From a virus: 64,000 nt of DNA. The DNA lies in the IMG/VR virus record IMGVR_UViG_3300031521_000040, positions 19,182 through 83,181 of that record; one strand, 5' to 3'. Positions 42,436 to 51,741 of this stretch are shown here, in pieces. Under the pieces are notes generated by a model, which saw nothing but the letters and a program-made list of their open reading frames with translations, was not told the origin of the DNA and did not search any database. The stretch's first letter is position 1, and every line of letters starts with the position of its first letter. Position numbers and translations under genes: made by a program.

Positions 42436-44445
42436 ATGAATTTAGAATGTTTAAACAACATAATTACAGATAACTTAGTAATTGACATTGATTTGACTAA
42501 TGTTAATTCATGGATTAATTTTAACAGCGATTTGACTGCATTTAGCCTTACAAAATGGAGCGAAGCTATTGTTGATAATATTAATTTAAATGATTTTGGG
42601 TTAACTGATTACGACAACGGAAAAACAGATATTATGTGGAGTGGAATCACGCTTACACCTAATAATGATTTATTTTCAGTATATAAAGTTGGATATAACA
42701 CAGTTATCAATCCAACAACAGGTCAAACAAGCGGATTTACATCAACAACACATTTTCTTCCAATTACAGGTATCACAAGTACAACTGGAAATTATTTTAA
42801 TTTAAATGGCGGATATGTGCAAGGATTTTTCAAACTACAAGATTATAATTATACGTTATTACCTTCCAGATATGGAAAAGGTATAACAATTGAAACAATA
42901 CTTAAATTATCGTCTAGTTCTCATGGTATATTTTATATGATGGGAGCACGTGCTGAAGATAAATATAATTCATATTTTAGTGGTGAAACTAAAACAGGCA
43001 GTACTACAACAGGCATAATAACTAGTGAGGGAAATTATTTGAACGCTTTGATTGGTGATATTGTTACTAAGAAGAGTTTCCAAAGACCTGAAGAAAATAC
43101 AGAAACCATTTATAGCGAAACAGCTCAAATCAATAATCTGAAAAATAACGTTATTGCATTTGAAATAACAACTGATAGAAGACTTGGTTACAAATACTTG
43201 AATAATAACGGACTTGTCGTAAGTGAAGAATCACCAATAAAGATAACCGCAACTGGTTTTACTATGATTGACTTAACGTTCACGCCATATGAAAACATAT
43301 ATGACTTAGGATTGTTAAAATGCATGAAACAAAGAATGGGTACATTAATGTTTTACGTAAATGGTCGTGCTGTTTGGATTATAAAGGATTTTCCTGAATT
43401 CTATTTTCATGGTTTCAGTAATCAAAAGGAAAAGGTATTGGGAATTCCATATTCAATAAGTTGGGGCGGTGGGTCTTTTGGATTGAAATATTCATGGCAT
43501 TATGATTATCAAAAATATAATATATATGATAATCAAGATAATACCTATATTACAACACATTTTTCTGTTCACGATAATCCCTTAGTATCAAATAATTTAC
43601 TATCTGGAATTTCATTAAGCGCAAATACTAATGCTTTTAATGCAACAGTAATGGAAATTGTATCGACAGGTGCAACAGGTAATACTTACTTTGTTAAATT
43701 TAATAATCCAATCTCTGTTCTGTCGAATAGGAATTATACATTTACATTATCACTTAATAATCACGGCTTATTTAAAAACACTAATAATATAGGTGAAGCT
43801 GTTAATAATAAATTATCTATTTTAGCATATAGTGATACTGTTGATGTTAGTTTTATGAATAGCATTGAATATGTATATCCTATTACAAGCCTACGTATGG
43901 AGGAAATACAGGCACTAGGGTTACATCCGTTTCAAGATAACCAAGAATATCAATATATTTATCCTAATGGCGTTATGTATTATGGTGAAACAGGTATCCC
44001 CGTTCTCGATGAATTCGGAAATGAAAATACATTTGGTTATGAAATGCCAATTAATCTAACTGGTAATACTTTATGGTATACAACTGGTGTAGATATGTGG
44101 AATGAACTTAAAGCAGTAATTAGAACATCTGATAATACAGGTCAGAGCTTTATTAATGTTGGCTTATTGATTGAAACAACTGATACTTTAAATCTTAATA
44201 GTCCGCTATTTATCAGCGGATTTACATATACTGCATCAGATATCTTAGTACATGATACTAGAAAAAATAATCTAACCATCGAAGAAAATTTCAACACATC
44301 GTTTATTGGTGGAATTCAAAAACTAAGAATATATAATAATGCGCTAACATCGCCAGAGGTGTTGCATAATGCGTTAATGGAAACCAAAGTTAATCCAAAT
44401 ATTATTGTAAGTAAGGGTGGAAGAATAATAACATATAGAGTATGA
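42436..44445 (+). CDS. Putative structural protein (LamG/concanavalin-like)
   Basis: LMFYVNG and FIGGIQKLRIYNNALT motifs; late motif at 42410. Confidence 0.55.
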   Translation: MNLECLNNIITDNLVIDIDLTNVNSWINFNSDLTAFSLTKWSEAIVDNINLNDFGLTDYDNGKTDIMWSGITLTPNNDLFSVYKVGYNTVINPTTGQTSGFTSTTHFLPITGITSTTGNYFNLNGGYVQGFFKLQDYNYTLLPSRYGKGITIETILKLSSSSHGIFYMMGARAEDKYNSYFSGETKTGSTTTGIITSEGNYLNALIGDIVTKKSFQRPEENTETIYSETAQINNLKNNVIAFEITTDRRLGYKYLNNNGLVVSEESPIKITATGFTMIDLTFTPYENIYDLGLLKCMKQRMGTLMFYVNGRAVWIIKDFPEFYFHGFSNQKEKVLGIPYSISWGGGSFGLKYSWHYDYQKYNIYDNQDNTYITTHFSVHDNPLVSNNLLSGISLSANTNAFNATVMEIVSTGATGNTYFVKFNNPISVLSNRNYTFTLSLNNHGLFKNTNNIGEAVNNKLSILAYSDTVDVSFMNSIEYVYPITSLRMEEIQALGLHPFQDNQEYQYIYPNGVMYYGETGIPVLDEFGNENTFGYEMPINLTGNTLWYTTGVDMWNELKAVIRTSDNTGQSFINVGLLIETTDTLNLNSPLFISGFTYTASDILVHDTRKNNLTIEENFNTSFIGGIQKLRIYNNALTSPEVLHNALMETKVNPNIIVSKGGRIITYRV

Positions 44446-44645
44446 GTGTATTAAATGAAATATTTGAAGGTTGGAAAAATCTGATTTTTGAAGATGATAA
44501 GGTTGAGGAAGAAGCCAAAAGAAGAATGGCTATTTGTGTTGGCTGTGATAAATTTACACGTGTAAAATCATGTGAACTATGCGGTTGTTATATGCCAGCA
44601 AAAGTACGATCTATGAAAAGCAAATGTGGTGATAATAAATGGTAA
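44442..44645 (+). CDS. Small Cys-rich protein
   Basis: RMAICVGC..CELCGCYM.AK......C. Confidence 0.6.
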   Translation: MSVLNEIFEGWKNLIFEDDKVEEEAKRRMAICVGCDKFTRVKSCELCGCYMPAKVRSMKSKCGDNKW

Positions 44646-45071
44646 TTAATTCTTACTGTGCGTTATAACATATGTATCTTCTAAAGCATATGCTTCAAAT
44701 TCATCAGTATTAAAATACATTTTACTATATGATGTAAGCTGTTTCGTGATATTGTTAATAATAAAATCAATTCTTCCTGTTAGACATATTGCAGAATGTA
44801 CATAATCACGTTTAGCTAATTTAATCTTTGTGTCTTTTGGAATGAAATGTAATACTGTAACATCATTAGTATTTTCTTCGTTGGGTACTCTTTTAAACCT
44901 AATCTGTTCGTTTTCACTACAATACCCCCAATTATTGAAATACCTCACTACAACTCCATCGCCAATTTCATGTATATATGGAAAATTTTGAAGCATTTCC
45001 GATTTTCTCTTATCGAGTAATTTATCTATTCTATCTATAATATATTTTTTTTCTTCGTTCATTATTAACAA
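44646..45071 (-). CDS. Hypothetical protein (cupin-like?)
   Basis: 141 aa; ALEDTYV C-terminus. Confidence 0.4.
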   Translation of the reverse strand: MLIMNEEKKYIIDRIDKLLDKRKSEMLQNFPYIHEIGDGVVVRYFNNWGYCSENEQIRFKRVPNEENTNDVTVLHFIPKDTKIKLAKRDYVHSAICLTGRIDFIINNITKQLTSYSKMYFNTDEFEAYALEDTYVITHSKN

Positions 45072-45664
45072 TATTGAGTAACAATGGAATTATTTAGGTT
45101 GTCGTGTATGTCCATAGTTGTACGATCAACAATTAGCTGCTCAACATATTCTTTTACAAATAATTTACGTATATTAATAGGTGCTCTTTCAAATGCAGTA
45201 AATTCAATCTCACTACCATCAGCAAATAATGATGCATTGATAGCCTGCCAATCGATATTACTAAACCAAGCTTCGTTTGCTGGCGGAGTATCATATGTGC
45301 CACTATCCGATGTGCCATCTGCACTAACTGAGACATTGTCACCGTGGAATCTTACATCGAATATAATTGGCTTTTCATTAGAATCATATAAGTATTCAAT
45401 ACTTATATTATACTCAATCGATAATTTAGTTACATCTTCTAATTCATTAGATTCCCAATTTCCGCCAATATGTGAATCATCAACATGTATAATTTTTATC
45501 TTAGCGTTTTTTGCTAAAAGTGAATCACATATAAATTGTTTTTGTAGGTCTTCGTTATTCAGTAATTCAATATTAGCCTCATCTTTATGAGATTCGTCAC
45601 TACCAAGAAAATCGAATTTTTCAATTTCTTCATTAACTAATATTATAAAATCTTTTTTTTTCAC
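45065..45664 (-). CDS. Hypothetical protein
   Basis: 199 aa; LVNEEI N-terminal motif; late motif at 45680. Confidence 0.55.
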   Translation of the reverse strand: MKKKDFIILVNEEIEKFDFLGSDESHKDEANIELLNNEDLQKQFICDSLLAKNAKIKIIHVDDSHIGGNWESNELEDVTKLSIEYNISIEYLYDSNEKPIIFDVRFHGDNVSVSADGTSDSGTYDTPPANEAWFSNIDWQAINASLFADGSEIEFTAFERAPINIRKLFVKEYVEQLIVDRTTMDIHDNLNNSIVTQYC

Positions 45665-45778
45665 AGGATAGATTTTATGATAAATACTATATTTTTCTAT
45701 AAAATTTTTAGAAATTCATGGGCAATATGTTTATTTATGCTTTTCACTTGATTTTAGTATTTATGAAAAATTGTATAT

Positions 45779-46192
45779 ATGAGCAAAGATTCGAAAAAAA
45801 TGCTGTTTGAAATGATGGAAAAAATAAATCCTAAGTTTAAACAACTCGAAATAGACGAAATAACAGGAGGATTACCGCCACAAGCTGGTGTAACACCACA
45901 AGCTACTACAACGCCACAGGCTTCACCTAATGCACAGCCAGTACAATCACCAGCCGTTACTCCACAACAGCCAGTAAATGCGCCTAGTGACGTTAGAACA
46001 GTTGCTAGAATGGCACAATCAGCTACTGCACTTCAAGGTGCTAATAAAAGGATTAATACAGCTACTGAATTTCCGCAAGCATTTAAAGATTGGTTTGCAT
46101 CATTGGGGTATAAAGCTGACAATCCTGCAATTTCGATAATGAAAGTAATGACTGAAGTTAAAAAGGCTATGACTGAAATGGGTTTTAAATAA
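45779..46192 (+). CDS. Putative internal head protein
   Basis: KKMLFEMMEKINPKF leader; Pro/Gln-rich linker; late motif at 45756. Confidence 0.55.
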   Translation: MSKDSKKMLFEMMEKINPKFKQLEIDEITGGLPPQAGVTPQATTTPQASPNAQPVQSPAVTPQQPVNAPSDVRTVARMAQSATALQGANKRINTATEFPQAFKDWFASLGYKADNPAISIMKVMTEVKKAMTEMGFK

Positions 46193-46198
46193 TATATT

Positions 46199-46810
46199 AT
46201 GGGAAATAAGCAAAGACTGTTTGAGATAATGGGAAAGGTAAATCCTGAATTTATTATTAAAGAAGACGTACCAGCAAGAGACCCTTCATGGATTGATGAT
46301 AATTCATTAAGTGTTGGTGAATTAAAGGAAGCAATCAATATTTATTCTCATTCGAAAAGTAAAGAAGAAGCATTAGCTAGAGCAAAAAATAGTGGCGTTG
46401 ATATACTAAAGTGTGTTGTAGGATTAATTGGCGTTGCAGGTTTCATTGCTGGAACAGCAGGAATAGGCGGTGCAGTGGTAGCAATTGCTGGTGGTGCTGC
46501 TGTAGGCGGTGCAGGTGCTGCATCTACATTGGATGATGTTCGCAAAGTTTTTAAGAAATTACTAGGTCCTAAAACCAAAACTGCACCTAAAACCCCAACA
46601 GGTTTTATGCAATTATTAAATATTGATCCAGAGGTTTCAATACTATTAGACGATAATATTGAAAACGAATTTATACAATTTGCAGTAAATAAACTCAATT
46701 CTATGCAAGATACCGAACCAGTTCCTAATTTTTTTAATGAATTAAGAGAATTTATTAAGGAAAAGTATGCACAAGTATATAACATAGGATACGGACAATC
46801 AGTACAATAG
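46199..46810 (+). CDS. Putative internal head protein with Gly/Ala hydrophobic segment
   Basis: KQRLFEIMGKVNPEFIIKE leader. Confidence 0.55.
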   Translation: MGNKQRLFEIMGKVNPEFIIKEDVPARDPSWIDDNSLSVGELKEAINIYSHSKSKEEALARAKNSGVDILKCVVGLIGVAGFIAGTAGIGGAVVAIAGGAAVGGAGAASTLDDVRKVFKKLLGPKTKTAPKTPTGFMQLLNIDPEVSILLDDNIENEFIQFAVNKLNSMQDTEPVPNFFNELREFIKEKYAQVYNIGYGQSVQ

Positions 46811-46839
46811 AAATTATTATAAATTATTTTTGAAAATAC

Positions 46840-46882
46840 TTTGCATTTCTTGTAACTTTTACTACCTTTGTTACGTATTTAG
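46840..46882 (+). promoter_or_regulatory. Nested promoters of tRNA array 1
   Basis: TTTG-N19-TACCTTTG; TGTAAC-N17-CGTA; GTATTTAG. Confidence 0.75.
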
Positions 46883-46927
46883 TTATGTCATAATTAATGT
46901 AATTATAATTTTTAAGAAAAAATCAAC

Positions 46928-47002
46928 ATGAAAAATTTAAACAACATACAACAACAACCGCAACAGCATCCACAAATGTCTGAACGGGGAAGTTATGTTT
47001 AA
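46928..47002 (+). CDS. Attenuator leader peptide 1 (MKNLNNIQQQPQQHPQMSERGSYV)
   Basis: 24-aa ORF with a Gln/Pro/His run upstream of the terminator and the Pro/His/Gln tRNAs. Confidence 0.8.
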   Translation: MKNLNNIQQQPQQHPQMSERGSYV

Positions 47003-47029
47003 ATTTATCATGAGTTTAAAGCATTATAG

Positions 47030-47060
47030 AAACCCTGTTCGAAAGTTCAGGGTTTTTTTT
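47030..47060 (+). terminator. Attenuator terminator 1
   Basis: AAACCCTG...CAGGGTTTTTTTT; its 5' arm can alternatively pair with GAACGGGG (46982-46989). Confidence 0.8.
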
Positions 47061-47085
47061 ATGTATATATGTTCTTTGAAAAGTA

Positions 47086-47320
47086 TTGAAGAGGTGACTG
47101 AATGTTAAAGTTAATCAGGTGAAGGAGAGCCTTATGCTGGTAAAGTCAGTGTCTGCAACAAGACACTGGTGACTGCACCGAGGGGTGGGGTGAAATACCC
47201 ACACTGACCTAAAACGAGGCGTAGCACAAAGTATGGTTATTGTTCGGTGTACAACGATAATAATTTGAAATCGACCAACGCCTATCCTCACTCTGTGGGT
47301 TAAAGTCCCACCCTCTTCAA
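47086..47320 (+). ncRNA. Large tRNA-like RNA (about 235 nt)
   Basis: TTGAAGAGG/CCTCTTCAA terminal stem, D-like arm, T-like arm GTGGG-TTAAAGT-CCCAC; about 170 nt structured insert. Confidence 0.6.
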
Positions 47321-47325
47321 AATAT

Positions 47326-47415
47326 CTAGGCGTAGGTCTGTAGTTGGTAGCAGTCCTGTCTTGGAAGCAGGTAGGGTAAAACCTCTCGTCAGTTCGAATC
47401 TGACCGCTTAGACCA
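47326..47415 (+). tRNA. tRNA-Pro(TGG), long variable arm
   Basis: CCTGT-CTTGGAA-GCAGG anticodon arm, GTTCGAATC, encoded CCA. Confidence 0.85.
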
Positions 47416-47423
47416 ATTAATAT

Positions 47424-47495
47424 AGAGTAGTAGCGCAGTGGTAGCGTACATGGTTTGGGACCATGTGGTCGTGGGTTCGAGTCCCACTTACTCTA
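47424..47495 (+). tRNA. tRNA-Pro(TGG)
   Basis: CATGG-TTTGGGA-CCATG; canonical cloverleaf. Confidence 0.92.
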
Positions 47496-47506
47496 CAAGA
47501 TCACAT

Positions 47507-47578
47507 GGGACGATTGGTGTATCGGTAGCACGGAAGTTTGTGAAGCTTTTAGAGTGGGTTCAAACCCCACATCGCCCC
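47507..47578 (+). tRNA. tRNA-His(GTG)
   Basis: GAAGT-TTGTGAA-GCTTT; G-1/C73. Confidence 0.88.
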
Positions 47579-47587
47579 CTAAATTAT

Positions 47588-47659
47588 TGTTGTATAATAC
47601 AATGGTTAGTATAACTGACTTTGAATCAGTTTATTGTGGTTCGAATCCACATACAACAA
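47588..47659 (+). tRNA. tRNA-Gln(TTG)
   Basis: ACTGA-CTTTGAA-TCAGT. Confidence 0.9.
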
Positions 47660-47729
47660 CAAAATATTGTTCGATTTTTTATAAAATGATTCGAACTTTC
47701 ATATGTTTTCAGTATTTATGATAAAACAT

Positions 47730-48299
47730 ATGAAAGAAGAAATATTAAAGTTAAGATCAGAAGGTAAAAAATATTATGAAATACAAAAAGCGTTAAATTG
47801 TTCTAAATCAATTGTTTCGTATTATTGTGGCGTTGCTCAAAAAGACAAATCTCGGAAAAGACAAGCTGAAAATAGAATGAAATGCAACGAAACAACCATT
47901 ATATGTAAAACAACTAATTTCAAATATTGTAGAATTGATAAGTCGAAAAAACTAAGAATTTCATCAACTAGTTTTCAAAAAAGACCTAATAAAATTTATG
48001 AAAAAGATATTACATTAACATTTGATTGGAAGGATGTAATCGATAAATTTGGTGAGGATACTTTTTGTTATTTAAGTGGTGAAAAAATAAACCTTATTAA
48101 TGATAAAAATTATAATCTTGATCATATTGTACCAAAAACCAGAGGTGGCGAAAATAATTTAGAAAATTTAGGAATTCTACATGAAACAGTTAATAAAATG
48201 AAAGGAGCATTGTTGAATGAAGAATTATTTGAGTGGTGTATAAAAATATTGAAGCATAATGGATATGATGTAGTAAAGAATAAAATAATAAACGATTAA
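47730..48299 (+). CDS. HNH endonuclease with N-terminal HTH
   Basis: CYLSG...LDHIVPKTRGGENNLENL...VNKMK; AGTATTTAT at 47711. Confidence 0.85.
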   Translation: MKEEILKLRSEGKKYYEIQKALNCSKSIVSYYCGVAQKDKSRKRQAENRMKCNETTIICKTTNFKYCRIDKSKKLRISSTSFQKRPNKIYEKDITLTFDWKDVIDKFGEDTFCYLSGEKINLINDKNYNLDHIVPKTRGGENNLENLGILHETVNKMKGALLNEELFEWCIKILKHNGYDVVKNKIIND

Positions 48300-48309
48300 A
48301 TATAACAGC

Positions 48310-49128
48310 ATGTATTACATAGTCCAGAAGAACGTCTTTAGAGAAGAAAATTACGATAATTTAATATTGGCTTTAGATCGATTAAAACTATCATACGAAA
48401 TAGTTGATGTACTACCATTTATTGAAACATTCGAGTTTCATTGTAAAGACAAAAATGTGTTTCCTTTTGGGTCAACGAAAATGGCTAGACTGTCTAAGCT
48501 ATATGGCTGGACACCCGGTTCTCAATTGAATGATAATCATGATTATCAGGTGTATAAAAACTTTTATGGTGATAATTTATTGAATTACGATTCACTTATT
48601 TATAAATTCGATGATGAATTTTTTGTTGACAAACCCTTTTTCGCCAGACCAACTAAAGATAGTAAAGCGTTTACTGGTAAGGTATTCGACATGGAAACAT
48701 GGAGAAAATTTAGAAACACTGCCTTAATCAATATACTTGATAAAGATACTGAAATTCAGGTATCATTAGTTAAAGTTATTCAAAAAGAAATAAGATTCTG
48801 GATAGTAAAAGGAAAAATTGCAACTGCAAGTCAATATAAACTAGGAACTAGAGTAGTGCTTAGCGACACCGTAGATCAGCCAGCATATGATTTTTGTAAT
48901 AAAATGATTCAATTGTTTCAATTAAACGATGCATTTGTAATGGATTTGTGTTTGGTTAATGATGAATATAAGATCGTTGAGTGTGGGTGCATTAATTGTG
49001 CTGGTTTCTATCGAGCTGATCTACAGAAATTATTGGTTAAACTAGAAGAAGCATTCTCAAACGATTATTTTGATCGTTGTTATCCGTCATTTTGTAATCC
49101 CATGGATCAAAACTTCTTGCGTTTATAA
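48310..49128 (+). CDS. ATP-grasp protein (R2K-like)
   Basis: FARPTKDSKAFTGKV, EIRFWIVKG, FVMDL, KIVECGCINCAGFY. Confidence 0.75.
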   Translation: MYYIVQKNVFREENYDNLILALDRLKLSYEIVDVLPFIETFEFHCKDKNVFPFGSTKMARLSKLYGWTPGSQLNDNHDYQVYKNFYGDNLLNYDSLIYKFDDEFFVDKPFFARPTKDSKAFTGKVFDMETWRKFRNTALINILDKDTEIQVSLVKVIQKEIRFWIVKGKIATASQYKLGTRVVLSDTVDQPAYDFCNKMIQLFQLNDAFVMDLCLVNDEYKIVECGCINCAGFYRADLQKLLVKLEEAFSNDYFDRCYPSFCNPMDQNFLRL

Positions 49129-49159
49129 AATTTAATAATTACTTTTGCAATAAAACGAT

Positions 49160-49405
49160 ATGAGAGCAGTTGTACCCTGTAATATCGACAATTCTGAAGA
49201 TATTGTCGATACAATAAAATACAATACTATAGGCATTTATGAAGATACAATATCTTCATTCAAAGACTATGTACTACCTGAAAATTCATTAGAACCAACA
49301 ACTACCACAATCTTTTTTCATAAAAGAGAAGATGAACATGGGTTTCTTCAACAAGTTACTATAACAATTAAAACAGAAGTCTTATTAGGATTTCAAAAAT
49401 ATTAA
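49160..49405 (+). CDS. Hypothetical protein
   Basis: 81 aa; TACTTTTG promoter element at 49140. Confidence 0.5.
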   Translation: MRAVVPCNIDNSEDIVDTIKYNTIGIYEDTISSFKDYVLPENSLEPTTTTIFFHKREDEHGFLQQVTITIKTEVLLGFQKY

Positions 49406-49408
49406 TAT

Positions 49409-49873
49409 ATGCAGTACAATCTATATTTAGATGACTTCAGAATGCCATTGGATTCGTTCAATTATACTAACAATAAAATATATAATATTGTTAATTGGAA
49501 GGTTGTGCGTAATTATGATGAATTCGTTGAAGCGATTCTAACTAATGGATTGCCTGAACGAATTTCCTATGATCATGACTTATCATATGAAGATATCAAT
49601 AAAGAAACTGGCTTTACTGAAAAAACTGGCTTGGATTGTGCTAGGTGGCTTATAAACTACTGTATGGATAATAATTTAGATGTGCCAGTTGAAATTTATA
49701 TTCATAGTATGAATACCGTTGGTGCATTAAATATTAAATCATTATTTACTACCTATTATAAGGTATACCCAACCGATAACGACTTTTATATTAATGATGT
49801 CTATATTAAAAACGGATTCTATTCTTATAATTATAGTCGTGGCTTTAATATGTGGAATGAAGATATTTATTAA
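49409..49873 (+). CDS. Cyclic-phosphate-processing receiver-domain protein
   Basis: LYLDDFR, VRNYDEF, ISYDHDL, TGLDCARWL, IHSMNTVG. Confidence 0.8.
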   Translation: MQYNLYLDDFRMPLDSFNYTNNKIYNIVNWKVVRNYDEFVEAILTNGLPERISYDHDLSYEDINKETGFTEKTGLDCARWLINYCMDNNLDVPVEIYIHSMNTVGALNIKSLFTTYYKVYPTDNDFYINDVYIKNGFYSYNYSRGFNMWNEDIY

Positions 49874-49921
49874 GCATGCGTTTTTAAATAAAATAAGTAT
49901 TTATGAAAAAATATATATTTT

Positions 49922-50344
49922 ATGCAAAAAATAGGTAAAGACAGACTTTTCGAAGTCCTAAGTAGGTTAGATAAAACATTCAAACTCATAAATGAAGAAC
50001 AACTACATCATTATAATGATGCTAACGAAACATTTGCACCCGATCAAAATGGCAATGAAGTTACAGATACTGTAAGTCCTGCTACAAGTACAGCACCACT
50101 TAACGAAGATCAATCAGAATCACCTATTCATAAATATGTTTACTTTGCATTTAACTATCCTAATGATTTTATTGAGCAAACATGGGCTGATGATGAAAAT
50201 TTAATGACCCATCTTAAATCTAAATTCCAAGGATATTATAATAAGTATGGTTCAGCTTCAGTAATGAATTATTTTTATACTGAACTTGATGTTCAAAATC
50301 AAAGGAAATTGGATGATTGGATTATTAATAATTATAATGGCTAA
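49922..50344 (+). CDS. Putative internal head protein
   Basis: KDRLFEVLSRLDKTFKLINEE leader; late motif at 49896. Confidence 0.55.
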   Translation: MQKIGKDRLFEVLSRLDKTFKLINEEQLHHYNDANETFAPDQNGNEVTDTVSPATSTAPLNEDQSESPIHKYVYFAFNYPNDFIEQTWADDENLMTHLKSKFQGYYNKYGSASVMNYFYTELDVQNQRKLDDWIINNYNG

Positions 50345-50350
50345 TATGTC

Positions 50351-50560
50351 ATGAATGAACGCAGGGAATATATCAAAGTAGGTAGGAAAGCTTCTAAACG
50401 TGGCGATAGAGCTATAGCTTCTTCTTGTAAATATGATAGCTATTGGACTCAACCTTGTAATAAATATTGGAAAAGACAGGCAAATAAAAAGGTTAGATGC
50501 TCAAATATCATCAATAATATGGGATATAAAAGGATTTATGATAGCTTTTACTGGTCTTAA
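50351..50560 (+). CDS. Small basic protein
   Basis: 69 aa; KYWKRQANKKVR. Confidence 0.5.
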   Translation: MNERREYIKVGRKASKRGDRAIASSCKYDSYWTQPCNKYWKRQANKKVRCSNIINNMGYKRIYDSFYWS

Positions 50561-50613
50561 AACAATTGATATTTAATGAGTTAAAAATTATTATTAATTA
50601 TTTTTAAAAATAC

Positions 50614-50656
50614 TTTGCATTTCTTGTAACATTTTATACCTTTGTTACGTATTTAG
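50614..50656 (+). promoter_or_regulatory. Nested promoters of tRNA array 2
   Basis: Near-identical to 46840-46882. Confidence 0.75.
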
Positions 50657-50724
50657 ATATACAAACAACAATAAGTAATTATTGAAATTTATTAAAAACA
50701 ACGAATATTAAAAACAAAAACGAA

Positions 50725-50814
50725 ATGAAAAATTTACTCGAAACTTTATTAGTAGCAATGGTAGCCGACCTATTATGGTTGGATGCAGAGGATATGTTAT
50801 GTGATGTCGGGTAA
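50725..50814 (+). CDS. Attenuator leader peptide 2 (MKNLLETLLVAMVADLLWLDAEDMLCDVG)
   Basis: 29 aa; 21 residues are L/D/E/V/A/W, matching the downstream tRNAs. Confidence 0.8.
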   Translation: MKNLLETLLVAMVADLLWLDAEDMLCDVG

Positions 50815-50850
50815 AGGAAATAATAATATTGTTCACCTTTCTTTTTATAA

Positions 50851-50884
50851 AAGACCCGACTATTAAAACCAGTCGGGTTTTTTT
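50851..50884 (+). terminator. Attenuator terminator 2
   Basis: AAGACCCGACT...AGTCGGGTTTTTTT; ACCCGAC can alternatively pair with GTCGGGT (50806-50812). Confidence 0.85.
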
Positions 50885-50928
50885 GTTTTAGGTGAATAAG
50901 TTCTTTGACATGCTGGAAAAAATAAAAT

Positions 50929-51008
50929 GGTCTTAGGGTCTGCTGGGCGTGGACGACACCCTGTCACGGTGTTCAATCAGGTCGATTCGAATTCGACTAG
51001 GACCGCCA
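50929..51008 (+). tRNA. tRNA-Asp(GTC)
   Basis: ACACC-CTGTCAC-GGTGT, G73, encoded CCA. Confidence 0.85.
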
Positions 51009-51015
51009 TTAATAC

Positions 51016-51088
51016 AATGCTATAGTTCAATTGGCAGAATAACTGACTGTCTATCAGTGGGTTGCGGGTTCGAGTCCCGTTAGCATTG
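51016..51088 (+). tRNA. tRNA-Asp(GTC)
   Basis: ACTGA-CTGTCTA-TCAGT. Confidence 0.9.
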
Positions 51089-51148
51089 CACGGTTTACTG
51101 GAAGGTAAACTAATCAGAGTTATATAAAACGTGATAAATTAACTCTGA

Positions 51149-51218
51149 AGTCTCGTAGTTTAGAGTGGATATGAATGCCCTGAAGGGGTGGTTGCTGGTT
51201 CAACGCCAGTCGGGACTG
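51149..51218 (+). tRNA. Degenerate tRNA, anticodon undetermined
   Basis: Acceptor, D and T arms present; anticodon arm shortened (GCCC-TGAAG-GGGT). Confidence 0.5.
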
Positions 51219-51228
51219 CTTTTAAAAT

Positions 51229-51303
51229 GTTGCCGTTGATAAATTGGCGAAATCACCTGACTTTCAATCAGGTCATATGTGGGTTCAAGTCCCATCGGCA
51301 ATA
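51229..51303 (+). tRNA. tRNA-Glu(TTC)
   Basis: CCTGA-CTTTCAA-TCAGG. Confidence 0.88.
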
Positions 51304-51309
51304 CAATAT

Positions 51310-51382
51310 GTCGCTATATGCTAATTGGCTAGGCAATAACACCTTCACTGTTATGGTGTGAGTTCGATCCTCACTAGCGATA
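51310..51382 (+). tRNA. tRNA-Glu(TTC)
   Basis: TAACA-CCTTCAC-TGTTA. Confidence 0.8.
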
Positions 51383-51403
51383 CAATTTTTAAATAAAAAC
51401 GTT

Positions 51404-51541
51404 ATGAAACCATTAAAAAGAAAATTAACCTCAACTGAATTTAGTAAAAAGCAAGAGAACGCAGCTAATTACGGAAAATTCATTAAAACAACTTTAGTTG
51501 AAAGAGGTAAACAGAGAAACATTTTCAAAATTAAGAACTGA
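51404..51541 (+). CDS. Small basic ORF (45 aa) inside the tRNA array
   Basis: MKPLKRKLTSTEFSKKQENAANYGKFIKTTLVERGKQRNIFKIKN. Confidence 0.4.
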   Translation: MKPLKRKLTSTEFSKKQENAANYGKFIKTTLVERGKQRNIFKIKN

Positions 51542-51599
51542 TAACATATAAGCGGTTAATAGCCTGTGAGACATTAACGGCTAATATATTATTACTTAT

Positions 51600-51674
51600 G
51601 TTCCCTTAGCTTAGCTGGTTTAAAGCACTTCTCCTACAAAGAAGATACCGTTGGTTCAAATCCAACAGGGAACA
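51600..51674 (+). tRNA. tRNA-Val(TAC)
   Basis: CTTCT-CCTACAA-AGAAG. Confidence 0.88.
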
Positions 51675-51741
51675 CAAAACATAACAATAAGTGTTTTCGC
51701 TTATATTCATATTTAATAAGCGAAAACACTTGTAAATATAT

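Noticed and set aside
1400-46785. Numerous short antisense or out-of-frame ORFs nested in long genes
   Set aside because: Shadow ORFs of genes with clear motifs; no independent signals
47086-47320. tmRNA
   Set aside because: Too short, no G3:U70 acceptor pair, no recognisable tag reading frame
47455-47721. 88-aa ORF in the ORF track
   Set aside because: Overlaps three tRNA genes; spurious
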